Counted from the first letter of the stretch, positions 1 through 7,631 are shown. The stretch is DNA of 57,157 bases from a virus (IMGVR_UViG_3300046103_001141:1-57157), one strand, 5' to 3'. Numbers and translations are program-made. The notes: generated from the sequence alone by a model not told the origin.

Positions 1-77
1 TAAAGATTGTTTTGTATATAATTCTGTATTTCATCGTTTTTTGCTAAATCATACATTTCACTTGGCTTTAGTTTCAT
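1..77 (-). CDS. Hypothetical protein, 5' part only (runs off window start): MKLKPSEMYDLAKNDEIQNYIQNNL...
   Basis: ATG at 77 preceded by AAGGA; open to base 1; directly downstream of gp43. Confidence 0.55.
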   Translation of the reverse strand, partial: MKLKPSEMYDLAKNDEIQNYIQNNL

Positions 78-119
78 AATATAATTATTCCTTGTTGTTT
101 ATAAACTTAAATATAATTC

Positions 120-2621
120 TTAGGAGAGAAAATCTTCTAATGATGATCTTTCTTCCACACTCCACCCAATTGCATCTAAGATTGGTGTAATTGGTTCTAC
201 AAAGGTCTTTTCAAATTGAACGTCATAATTTACATATCTATGTAGATTAAACTCACTTGGAATGTAATCTGGAAATGATATAACATTTTCCTTTAGAGGG
301 TTGGGCATCTTTAAATAGCAAAACTTAATTTTTTCACCATTTTGAATGACCGCATACTTTTTTCCTAATGCCTTATCTTTGATCTGATTATTATAGAGTA
401 AACTACCTCTCACATGAATTGGTGTACCTTTCTTGTAAATAGTTTTTCTGTCGCTCCATTTCACAATATCACTAACACCTCTTGGAAAAGATATATCTTC
501 TGGTGGTAGAGATTTAAACTCTTTCTTAAAATCAGCAATAAACTTTCTTGTTTTTTCTTCAGAACCAGACATGATGATTTTAAACGACTGCATAAACTTA
601 TCTCGCACCACTTGAGGTGTGCTTGATTTAATAGCCTCAATACCCATGATCTTTAATTTTGGTTCTGCGTATTGAACACCTTCGTTATTATGAACATTCA
701 GTAAATATCGTTTTTTGGCTGTCCAGATACCACGATCTGCAATCGCTTCCCTTTCCATAACCATGCGATTTGTATATGCGTTCATTTGATTAAATAGTTT
801 ATCATACGCTTTCTCTAAAACCTTTTCAAAATGTTCAGCGCAAATTTTGTCCAATGCTTTAACAGGGTCTTTAGGTTTCAATTTATCTACAAAAGGCCCA
901 AAGTTGATATACAGTGAGTCAGTATCAATAGCGATTACATAATCAAAATTATCTGTTTTGAGTATTTTATTCATTTCATCATTCATAGCGCGTTCTGCCC
1001 ATTGAATCGCTAACTGTCCAGACAGAGTAATACCTTCTGCGACACGCATATCAAAATACCGAAAGTAAGCATTACCCAAAGCACCATAAAGAGAATTCAA
1101 TAGAATTTTAATCGCCATTTGCCGATTTTCAAGTTGATTGATTTGCTTTTCAAGTTCAGTAGATGGATTATCTTGATTTTTTTGCATTGCTTCAAGCATT
1201 AACTTCTTAGTCGCTTTACGCTCCAACATATAATCTGCAATAATTTGTGGTACAATACCTTGCCTTTGTCTAGTATAAGTTGAGCCATTTGCCGCTACAG
1301 AAAGATCGTTTTTTACATTTGGAGCATTATTCATATAATGTTCAACACCTGATTGATAAGTGTTTTCAATATCTACAACCAAAGTTTCTGGTGACATATT
1401 ATATTGAATAATCAAATTGGGATATAGTGAATTCAAATCAAACGAAACCACCCAATCATGTAGGCCGACTTTAGGTTCTTTAACGTAACCTCCTGGATAT
1501 GGTGATTTGATTGTATTTTCATTTGGTGGTATAGCAACATGTTGTTTATTCAGTTCACGATATATGATTGAGTCCCATATAGCAGTTGTCCCAAGAGTTG
1601 CCTCATAGTTCACACCACCACGATATGCCATAGTAAGTGCAAGAGTAATCAAATCCATTTTTTCATCAATCTTATCCACTAAGTAAACATCCTTGATATT
1701 ATAATCAATGAATAATTGATGGTCATTTTTATATAGAGTATGAAGTGTTCCATGTTCCTCATACGATAATTTTTTCTCACCAAGTACAGTATTGGCAATG
1801 TGATCTAATTTGTATGATGCTTGAGTTCCATACGAATATCCAAACTTTTTAAATAGGTCCATATAATCTAATTGAGAAATACCAGTTATTTCATAATGTT
1901 TATGATTTTGACCAGCGACATTTACGTTGCGTTCACTAATCAAACCCCATGGAGAAAACTTTTTTGCCACATCATTACCAGCGATTTTAGTAACACGATT
2001 AATTAGATAAGGCATATCAAACATTTTAATATACCAACCAGTTATAACATCTGGTGGATTCTTAGTCCAAAATTCCATGTACTTTGCTAGTAATTCTAAT
2101 TCGTTTTTACAATGACGGTACTGGACAATCAAATTTTGATTTTCACGTTTATCAACATCATATTCACCCAAACCCCAAACGTGATAAACATTAGATGTTG
2201 ATGATTTATGGCAAATTGATATAACAGGATAATCAGCAGCATCTGGATGTGGGAATCCATCATCTGATGCAACTTCAATATCTAAGTTAGCGACATTGAC
2301 TGTTTTACGATTAAACTCTATTTCATTTGGAAATGCGCTAGTTATAAACTGTTGGATATAATTAGTCATGCCATAGATTTTGACATTATCCATATCTTTG
2401 TAAGTCTCTAACCATTCTTTTGCTGCTCTCATAGATTCAAATTCTACTGGTGCAACAGAAAATCCTTCAAGGGTTTTCCATACTGTATTTTTTTCTTTGC
2501 TACGAACAAAGAGTTTTGGTTTAAACTTGACTCGCTTATCAATACGAACACCGTGGTCATTATAACCACGGTATAAGAGTGAGTTGCCATATCTTGCTAC
2601 GTTTGTATAAAATGCTTTCAA
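120..2621 (-). CDS. gp43: Family B DNA polymerase (T4 gp43-like)
   Basis: Exo I DIEV; pol motifs SFDLNSLYP, KILLNSLYGALG, DTDS, KKRY; C-terminal clamp-binding SLEDFL; TTG start; no intein. Confidence 0.98.
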   Translation of the reverse strand: MKAFYTNVARYGNSLLYRGYNDHGVRIDKRVKFKPKLFVRSKEKNTVWKTLEGFSVAPVEFESMRAAKEWLETYKDMDNVKIYGMTNYIQQFITSAFPNEIEFNRKTVNVANLDIEVASDDGFPHPDAADYPVISICHKSSTSNVYHVWGLGEYDVDKRENQNLIVQYRHCKNELELLAKYMEFWTKNPPDVITGWYIKMFDMPYLINRVTKIAGNDVAKKFSPWGLISERNVNVAGQNHKHYEITGISQLDYMDLFKKFGYSYGTQASYKLDHIANTVLGEKKLSYEEHGTLHTLYKNDHQLFIDYNIKDVYLVDKIDEKMDLITLALTMAYRGGVNYEATLGTTAIWDSIIYRELNKQHVAIPPNENTIKSPYPGGYVKEPKVGLHDWVVSFDLNSLYPNLIIQYNMSPETLVVDIENTYQSGVEHYMNNAPNVKNDLSVAANGSTYTRQRQGIVPQIIADYMLERKATKKLMLEAMQKNQDNPSTELEKQINQLENRQMAIKILLNSLYGALGNAYFRYFDMRVAEGITLSGQLAIQWAERAMNDEMNKILKTDNFDYVIAIDTDSLYINFGPFVDKLKPKDPVKALDKICAEHFEKVLEKAYDKLFNQMNAYTNRMVMEREAIADRGIWTAKKRYLLNVHNNEGVQYAEPKLKIMGIEAIKSSTPQVVRDKFMQSFKIIMSGSEEKTRKFIADFKKEFKSLPPEDISFPRGVSDIVKWSDRKTIYKKGTPIHVRGSLLYNNQIKDKALGKKYAVIQNGEKIKFCYLKMPNPLKENVISFPDYIPSEFNLHRYVNYDVQFEKTFVEPITPILDAIGWSVEERSSLEDFLS

Positions 2622-2642
2622 TATTCTTCTCCGTTTGGAGTT

Positions 2643-2671
2643 ATTATACCATAATATAAAGGTTTAGTCAA
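2643..2671 (-). promoter_or_regulatory. Sigma70-type early promoter for gp43
   Basis: TTGACT-N17-TATAAT with extended -10 TGn on minus strand. Confidence 0.8.
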
Positions 2672-2675
2672 CAAA

Positions 2676-3263
2676 TTATCTATTATTTTTATCAGTAGAC
2701 ATTGTTATTATTTTCTCTATCATTTCATAAAGTTGTTCTAAAACATTCACACTCTGAATATTTTTAAAGTTATCATGATCAAACTCTTTTGGTTTTACAA
2801 CCCACTCAAGTTCTGAGTAAGGTAATTTAACACTAAGTCCATCTCCACCACTTGTAATGTGTGGCAATAGATTTTCTCGCTTTACTATTGCCACTGCATC
2901 ATTATCAACAATCATCAGATAATCAAACGTGTTAGGTAATGTTCTACCATGACTTGAACCTAGTGTATTGTTCAACTTGATAGAACCAGTTACAGATTTC
3001 TTTTTTTCTTTACCTTTTGCTGTTGTTAATACATTTGTACCACATTTAGTTTCAATACGATATTTTTTAAATTGATGATCTTGTCCAATTAAATCTACAT
3101 ATTGGACTTTACCACCACTCATTTTTTCAATTGCTTTATCTTGTATAATTGATTTTAAAAAACGTAATGTTCTGTCGTTTAATTGTGAACCTACAGAATG
3201 TCTCATTTCAAAGAAATTTTTCCAATCAACATTTTCCGCGAGGTCTCGCGCCAAACTATTCAT
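2676..3263 (-). CDS. Hypothetical protein, possible PD-(D/E)xK endonuclease
   Basis: 195 aa; GQD-x6-IETK resembles a D...ExK nuclease centre; family not recognised. Confidence 0.6.
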   Translation of the reverse strand: MNSLARDLAENVDWKNFFEMRHSVGSQLNDRTLRFLKSIIQDKAIEKMSGGKVQYVDLIGQDHQFKKYRIETKCGTNVLTTAKGKEKKKSVTGSIKLNNTLGSSHGRTLPNTFDYLMIVDNDAVAIVKRENLLPHITSGGDGLSVKLPYSELEWVVKPKEFDHDNFKNIQSVNVLEQLYEMIEKIITMSTDKNNR

Positions 3264-3301
3264 AAATATACCTTTGTAAAAAATTAATAATAATATGATT
3301 T

Positions 3302-3330
3302 ACAGATCATAAACTTAAAATATGATCTGT
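3302..3330. terminator. Intergenic inverted repeat, possible terminator
   Basis: ACAGATCATA-N9-TATGATCTGT perfect 10-bp stem just after the 73-aa ORF stop; weak U tract. Confidence 0.45.
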
Positions 3331-3336
3331 GGATCA

Positions 3337-3558
3337 TTAATCTTTCTTTGATACGAAAGAATACATTTCTTTAGCCTTCGCCATCAAATCATCTGTACTA
3401 TAAATTTTGTACGCTTCCTTAACTTCTTCTGCTGATTTATGGCCTTGATCATACAAATCATTCGCAAGTTGGATATTCATGGTCCATTGCTGATCCATAT
3501 AATCTTTTGCCATTTGTAACATTTCTGCGCGGATTTCAAAAGGATTTTTGTGTGTCAT
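3337..3558 (-). CDS. Small hypothetical phage protein (73 aa)
   Basis: AGGA SD before ATG; NPFEIRAEML...AKEMYSFV type I associate with aquatic T4-like phages. Confidence 0.75.
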   Translation of the reverse strand: MTHKNPFEIRAEMLQMAKDYMDQQWTMNIQLANDLYDQGHKSAEEVKEAYKIYSTDDLMAKAKEMYSFVSKKD

Positions 3559-3577
3559 TGTGTGTTCCTATCTAATT

Positions 3578-3883
3578 TTAATTATGTTCGCCGTTATTTT
3601 GTCGCCCGTTGTATCCATCAATTCTATCAAAAACTTTAGGCTTTCGCTTCACAGTCTCAAATGTGCCAACTGTAATAACAATTGCAGCGAGTAAAAGTGT
3701 ATGTGCGATTGCGTTGATCCCCCAAAAAGTGATACTACCAATGTACATAGAACATACAGATACCCACATCCATGCAAGAATTTGCATGATTAAATGGCGT
3801 ACTTGTAAATTTGGGATATTCTTTAAAGGATTGACGTTTGCATCCATAACACTATTCCAAGTGTCATTAATATATTCTTTCAT
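3578..3883 (-). CDS. Small membrane protein (101 aa, two hydrophobic segments)
   Basis: Start re-called at MKEYIN (GGAG SD); hydrophobic LIMQILAWMWVSVCSMYIG and AIAHTLLLAAIVITVGTF. Confidence 0.75.
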   Translation of the reverse strand: MKEYINDTWNSVMDANVNPLKNIPNLQVRHLIMQILAWMWVSVCSMYIGSITFWGINAIAHTLLLAAIVITVGTFETVKRKPKVFDRIDGYNGRQNNGEHN

Positions 3884-3912
3884 TATATTCTCCATAATTT
3901 GTGTGTGTGAAA

Positions 3913-3932
3913 GAAGGGCATTGATGCCCTTC
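3913..3932 (-). terminator. Rho-independent terminator ending the hsp20 operon
   Basis: GAAGGGCA-TCAA-TGCCCTTC followed by TTT on minus strand. Confidence 0.65.
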
Positions 3933-3938
3933 CTAATT

Positions 3939-4025
3939 TTAAGGTAAAACTCTAATCCAGATATATTCTGCAATCTGTCTATAAAGTTTCCATTTCATCA
4001 TAATATGGTATAAGATCAAATCCAC
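3939..4025 (-). CDS. Putative 28-aa micro-protein MDLILYHIMMKWKLYRQIAEYIWIRVLP
   Basis: Read by hand; GTG start overlaps end of preceding ORF and stop lies just before the terminator; weak SD. Confidence 0.4.
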   Translation of the reverse strand: MDLILYHIMMKWKLYRQIAEYIWIRVLP

Positions 4026-4180
4026 CCACGAAGATTTTCATTCATAGATGTTTTTTCCCACGCTTTCATTCTTCTTTCAAGGTCACATAAATCTTTTGCA
4101 TTTGCAAAATATTCATCTCTTTCTTCTATCATAGTTTTAGGTGTCGCACCCTTAAAGAAATTTTTGATCCAATGAATCAT
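4016..4180 (-). CDS. 54-aa small protein, DUF3563-like
   Basis: Read by hand (absent from ORF track): MIHWIKNFFKGATPKTMIEERDEYFANAKDLCDLERRMKAWE...; ERDEY-A-A-DL-DLERRM pattern; ATGA overlap with upstream stop. Confidence 0.7.
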   Translation of the reverse strand: MIHWIKNFFKGATPKTMIEERDEYFANAKDLCDLERRMKAWEKTSMNENLRGWI

Positions 4181-4389
4181 TTAAATTCCCCCAAAGTTCT
4201 TCTATTTAATTCAGATAATATCTCTGCATCCGACATATTTGGATATTCTATTCTAAAATATCTTACCAAATCTACATTTGCAGAACATTGTCTTGAGAAT
4301 TGAATACTTTTTCCTAAAGATAATAAAAGATCAAACAGTCCTGTTAGACCTTTCGTTAAGAAGTTGTGTGTTGTTAGTATGTGTTGCAT
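4177..4389 (-). CDS. 70-aa hypothetical protein
   Basis: Start re-called at MQHILT with GAGGA SD; overlaps the last 59 nt of hsp20. Confidence 0.7.
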   Translation of the reverse strand: MQHILTTHNFLTKGLTGLFDLLLSLGKSIQFSRQCSANVDLVRYFRIEYPNMSDAEILSELNRRTLGEFK

Positions 4390-4813
4390 TTGAGTTTTCC
4401 TCGTTTTTTCCAATTGAAATTTTACGAGGACGCATTTCTTCTGGGATAATATACTGCAACTCAATTGCCAGAATACCATCTTGAATATCTGCTCCGTTTA
4501 CTTGTACGTGTTCAGACAGCCTAAAAGTTCGTTTAAATTTCTTTGTTGAAATGCCACGATGGATAAATTCTCTACCTTTAGAAACGTGTTCACCAGTTAT
4601 TGTCAAAGTTCTATCTTTTACTTCAACATTGATTTCATCTTGTGAAAATCCAGCAATAGCAAGTTCAATCAAGTAATCTGATTCTCCTGCTTTAATAATA
4701 TTGTGTGGTGGATAGTGATCTTGAGCATGTTTAGCAGTGAACTCTAGTTCATTGAATAGATGGTCAAAACCCACGAAAGATGAACGTGGAAAAAGTGTTT
4801 GTAAGCCTGTCAT
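4331..4813 (-). CDS. hsp20: Small heat-shock protein Hsp20 (IbpA-like)
   Basis: VGFDHLF, YPPHNII, IELAIAGF, HRGIS..F.R.F.L, GILAIEL, PRKISI; start at MTGLQ with AAGGAG SD. Confidence 0.95.
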   Translation of the reverse strand: MTGLQTLFPRSSFVGFDHLFNELEFTAKHAQDHYPPHNIIKAGESDYLIELAIAGFSQDEINVEVKDRTLTITGEHVSKGREFIHRGISTKKFKRTFRLSEHVQVNGADIQDGILAIELQYIIPEEMRPRKISIGKNEENSNATHTNNTQLLNERSNRTV

Positions 4814-4900
4814 TGTTATCTCCTTTTGATCAAGCAAGATTGTAATGGGACCGATTGTTCGCATCCCCTTGGTTTGATTAGCATCAAGATGCTAACTCAT
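4811..4900 (-). promoter_or_regulatory. ROSE-like RNA thermometer in hsp20 5' UTR
   Basis: Three successive hairpins; the last is AUCUUGCUU-GAUCAA-AAGGAGAU, with UUGCU pairing the SD and a bulged G. Confidence 0.7.
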
Positions 4901-4904
4901 TAGT

Positions 4905-4932
4905 ATATATGTCTTTATTTTGTGATTTCAAG
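4905..4932 (-). promoter_or_regulatory. RpoH (sigma32)-like promoter for hsp20
   Basis: CTTG(AA)-N17-CATATAT, one mismatch from alphaproteobacterial CTTG-N17-CYTATNT. Confidence 0.55.
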
Positions 4933-4950
4933 AGGTTAGGTAAAAAAAAG

Positions 4951-5640
4951 TTAAGAAATTATGCTTTTTATTTTCCAAGGTGTAAAACATACTGTTCCTA
5001 GACTTACATAGTCTGCGCCCTTATCAAAATAAAATTCTGCATCATCCTTATTTGTAACCCCACCACCAGCGATTATAGTGACACTGGGATGTTTTCTCTT
5101 TATATATTCTATAATCCTTGTAGTATATGGTTTTAAAATTGTTCCACTTTGACCCCCATTTAAAGAGTACAAAGTGTTGCTTGCATGTATTTGATTATAC
5201 CCCAAATCTACTATCTTGTCTATGAGACATTCTGTCGCAGTAGGCGGTATTTTACATATACACCATTCTCTATTATTTTTAGGAAATAAATCAAAGCCGC
5301 GCAGATCAACCGCTCCTACATCTTTATCAAGGTTTGGACAACTTATATTAATTTCAACAGACAAATTTTTACCTACTATGCGGTCTAAATTTATCCAATC
5401 ATATTCGTCTATTGCGGCAAGGCTCAACACATCTGTAGAGTTTGTTCTTTTTAAACCCTCATATATTCCTGCATTTCGTAATCCAATTTTATTAATCCAT
5501 CCACCATTTTTATATCTAAGAGTTTTAAAAATTTGGGGAATAAGTCCTTCTCTTTTTTCAACGGTCCAACTTCCAGTTACGCTAATTGCGTTAGGAAGTT
5601 TTAAATAGTTTCCAAAAGGTGCTGATATAAAGTATTTCAT
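4951..5640 (-). CDS. pyrD: Dihydroorotate dehydrogenase, compact class 1-like
   Basis: INKIGLRNAG, EINISCPN (catalytic Cys loop), SNTL, GGQSG, IIAGGGV, GADYVSLGT FMN-barrel motifs. Confidence 0.88.
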   Translation of the reverse strand: MKYFISAPFGNYLKLPNAISVTGSWTVEKREGLIPQIFKTLRYKNGGWINKIGLRNAGIYEGLKRTNSTDVLSLAAIDEYDWINLDRIVGKNLSVEINISCPNLDKDVGAVDLRGFDLFPKNNREWCICKIPPTATECLIDKIVDLGYNQIHASNTLYSLNGGQSGTILKPYTTRIIEYIKRKHPSVTIIAGGGVTNKDDAEFYFDKGADYVSLGTVCFTPWKIKSIIS

Positions 5641-5675
5641 AATTTAATCCGAAAATGTTCTACGCCATTCCATAC

Positions 5676-6077
5676 TTACGCATATCTTATTATCTTATCT
5701 GGTGTTTTAAAATCTTTTTTACGCATAATCGTTTTCAGTACAACATCAAATTCATCTTTTCTTTGATCATACTTAACTGCTACTGGAATATTTAAATTAG
5801 TTTGCATATCTTTAATTACCGCTTCTGCGCCAGCCACACCTTTAAGCGACTTGCCTTGCCTTGCGTAAATCTTTTTTATAAATTCTGCCAACTCTTTCAT
5901 GGAAATGCAAGGGTTGTTTCTATCGTCTCCCATCCTATCACCAAAATGACGAGTGAATTTAAAATCAATCCCATACTTTTTGAACAATTTATCTACAATG
6001 GATTCAAATGCTTTGATTTGTTTCATACCCACTAAATCGCATTTATCTTCTGTTATAAAATTTTTAAATGTTTTCAT
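5676..6077 (-). CDS. Hypothetical protein with capsid-targeting-like leader (possible internal head protein)
   Basis: N-terminus MKTFKNFITE; FTRHFGDRM..RN and VVLKTIMRK motifs. Confidence 0.75.
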   Translation of the reverse strand: MKTFKNFITEDKCDLVGMKQIKAFESIVDKLFKKYGIDFKFTRHFGDRMGDDRNNPCISMKELAEFIKKIYARQGKSLKGVAGAEAVIKDMQTNLNIPVAVKYDQRKDEFDVVLKTIMRKKDFKTPDKIIRYA

Positions 6078-6343
6078 TTATCTCTCATCCTTGGCTCTTT
6101 ACGATTATAATGAACAGTTACACTTGATAAATTTTTGGGATTATTATTGAGTGGATCACCATCTTTGTGATGAATATCTCTTCCATCAAAAGGCTCTGCC
6201 TTACCCTCTTTTTCCATCTTTCTTCTAGCGCGTTTTCTAGCAGCGTTTCTTTCCATCTGTTCTGGAGTACCAAGATAGGTTTTTCGTTCTTTTTTGTAAT
6301 CTCTCTGATACTCATCAGTTATAAATGTCATAAACTTAATCAT
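6074..6343 (-). CDS. Small HNH-motif protein
   Basis: DIHHKDGDPLNNNPKNL...HYN; basic N-terminal helix; leader MIKFMTFITDE. Confidence 0.75.
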   Translation of the reverse strand: MIKFMTFITDEYQRDYKKERKTYLGTPEQMERNAARKRARRKMEKEGKAEPFDGRDIHHKDGDPLNNNPKNLSSVTVHYNRKEPRMRDK

Positions 6344-6573
6344 GATGCATTATCCCAAAAGGTTTTACTAATTTCACCCATAGAAACTGTAGACGTACCA
6401 GATGCTGAATTTACTGTTTTACGAACACTTGTATACACAGCATGACCATTTGTAGTTCTAATACCGTTAGTTTGTTTTAACCATAGAGGTCTTAATGGAC
6501 TATTAGCACCGGGATCAACTGGGGCATTGTCATATTGCCAACTAGAATTGTTTGTAATATTTACCCACGCCAT
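6340..6573 (-). CDS. Hypothetical 77-aa late protein
   Basis: AGGAG SD; late promoter 30 nt upstream; ATGA coupling to next ORF. Confidence 0.7.
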   Translation of the reverse strand: MAWVNITNNSSWQYDNAPVDPGANSPLRPLWLKQTNGIRTTNGHAVYTSVRKTVNSASGTSTVSMGEISKTFWDNAS

Positions 6574-6601
6574 GTTTCAGTCTCCTATCATTTGTTCTTA
6601 C

Positions 6602-6609
6602 TATTTATA
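6602..6609 (-). promoter_or_regulatory. T4-type late promoter
   Basis: TATAAATA on minus strand upstream of ORF 6573. Confidence 0.7.
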
Positions 6610-7162
6610 CATAAGGAGCGATTATGGTTTCTATATTCTTAATAATTTTCTTATGTGTAGGACTCAAATGTTTCCTATCTTTTTTTACAGCGTCTAGGGC
6701 CAACTTTGTATCACCAGCATATTTTCTTTGCCATTCTGGTTTCTGCTGCTTAATATCAGATACATTAGCAAGTCTATCAGCGAGTTTAATAACTAATGCC
6801 CAACTTGTCATGTTGACCATCTTATCTTTTATATACTCACCCTTACCACCTGCTGCTTCTAAATCATCTTTCTTAGTGGTTAGTTGATCTACTAAATTTG
6901 CAACCAATCCACCAAATTGCTTTACTAAGTCAGCATGTGATAAATCAGTATCTTCTATAGTATCATGCAGATATGCCGCTTGAACTAATGCAGATAAATT
7001 TTTTGATTTTGGTTTGAACTTAGCAACTATTTTAGCGACTTCTTTTGGATGAGCAATATATTCTCCTCCACTTTTTCTAAACTGTCCACTATGTGCTTTC
7101 GTTGCGGTTCTTAATGCACTAAGCGCACTTTCATTGATAAGATGTGATTTAAAACTCTGCAT
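6605..7162 (-). CDS. HD-domain small alarmone hydrolase (SpoT/Mesh1-like (p)ppGpp hydrolase)
   Basis: AHSGQFRKSGGEYIAHP..VA, AAYLHDTIEDT, FG..VA.LV..LT, IKLADRLAN; no synthetase domain. Confidence 0.9.
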   Translation of the reverse strand: MQSFKSHLINESALSALRTATKAHSGQFRKSGGEYIAHPKEVAKIVAKFKPKSKNLSALVQAAYLHDTIEDTDLSHADLVKQFGGLVANLVDQLTTKKDDLEAAGGKGEYIKDKMVNMTSWALVIKLADRLANVSDIKQQKPEWQRKYAGDTKLALDAVKKDRKHLSPTHKKIIKNIETIIAPYV

Positions 7163-7163
7163 T

Positions 7164-7583
7164 TTATTTTCTTCCTATATTATATTTGGGGCATAATTCC
7201 CAATTACTTTTTTCTTTAAAAGGAATAATCTTAATCTGTCGCAGAGGTGCTAAATTTTTAGCAACTGATTCATTTTGTATGGAGACTAGACCCCAATCAG
7301 ACATAAGTGTAGCGATAGTATTTCTACGGCCTATGTCACTTTCTTCTAAGTTTGATTTTTTGCCATCTAGCAAAAACAACTCTTTAAAATGGACTATAAA
7401 GTATCTACCTTGTTTATGAAGGATATGACAAGATTGAAATAGTTTATTTTCTTTCCTACTTGATACACCAATTCGTGTTAATGTTTCTCTTACTTTTAAG
7501 AAATCATCAGGTTCATTTAAAGTTATCTCCAACATATCAGTTGGTGACCAATTTACTATATTTGTTTCTTCATTCATTGTCAA
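7164..7583 (-). CDS. regA: Translational repressor RegA
   Basis: PDDFLKVRETLTRIG, LFQSCHILHKQGRYFIVHFKELF, WELCPKY. Confidence 0.97.
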   Translation of the reverse strand: MTMNEETNIVNWSPTDMLEITLNEPDDFLKVRETLTRIGVSSRKENKLFQSCHILHKQGRYFIVHFKELFLLDGKKSNLEESDIGRRNTIATLMSDWGLVSIQNESVAKNLAPLRQIKIIPFKEKSNWELCPKYNIGRK

Positions 7584-7618
7584 CTCACTTTTTTTGTTAT
7601 ATTCATTAATGACAATGG

Positions 7619-7626
7619 TATTTATA
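7619..7626 (-). promoter_or_regulatory. T4-type late promoter upstream of regA
   Basis: TATAAATA in the gp62-regA gap. Confidence 0.65.
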
Positions 7627-7631
7627 TAATT

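Noticed and set aside
3884-3973. N-terminal extension of the 131-aa ORF (likewise the extended starts at 4479, 4864, 8054 and 13952)
   Set aside because: Extensions cross terminators or neighbouring genes; downstream ATGs have better SD sequences or ATGA coupling.
4878-4895. TTAGCATC-AA-GATGCTAA upstream of hsp20 as a CIRCE (HrcA) operator
   Set aside because: CIRCE needs TTAGCACTC-N9-GAGTGCTAA; here the arms differ and the spacer is 2 nt. Better explained as the first UTR hairpin.
6074-6343. HNH ORF as a homing endonuclease / mobile element
   Set aside because: Only 89 aa with no separate DNA-binding domain, and coupled on both sides within an operon; kept as a CDS.
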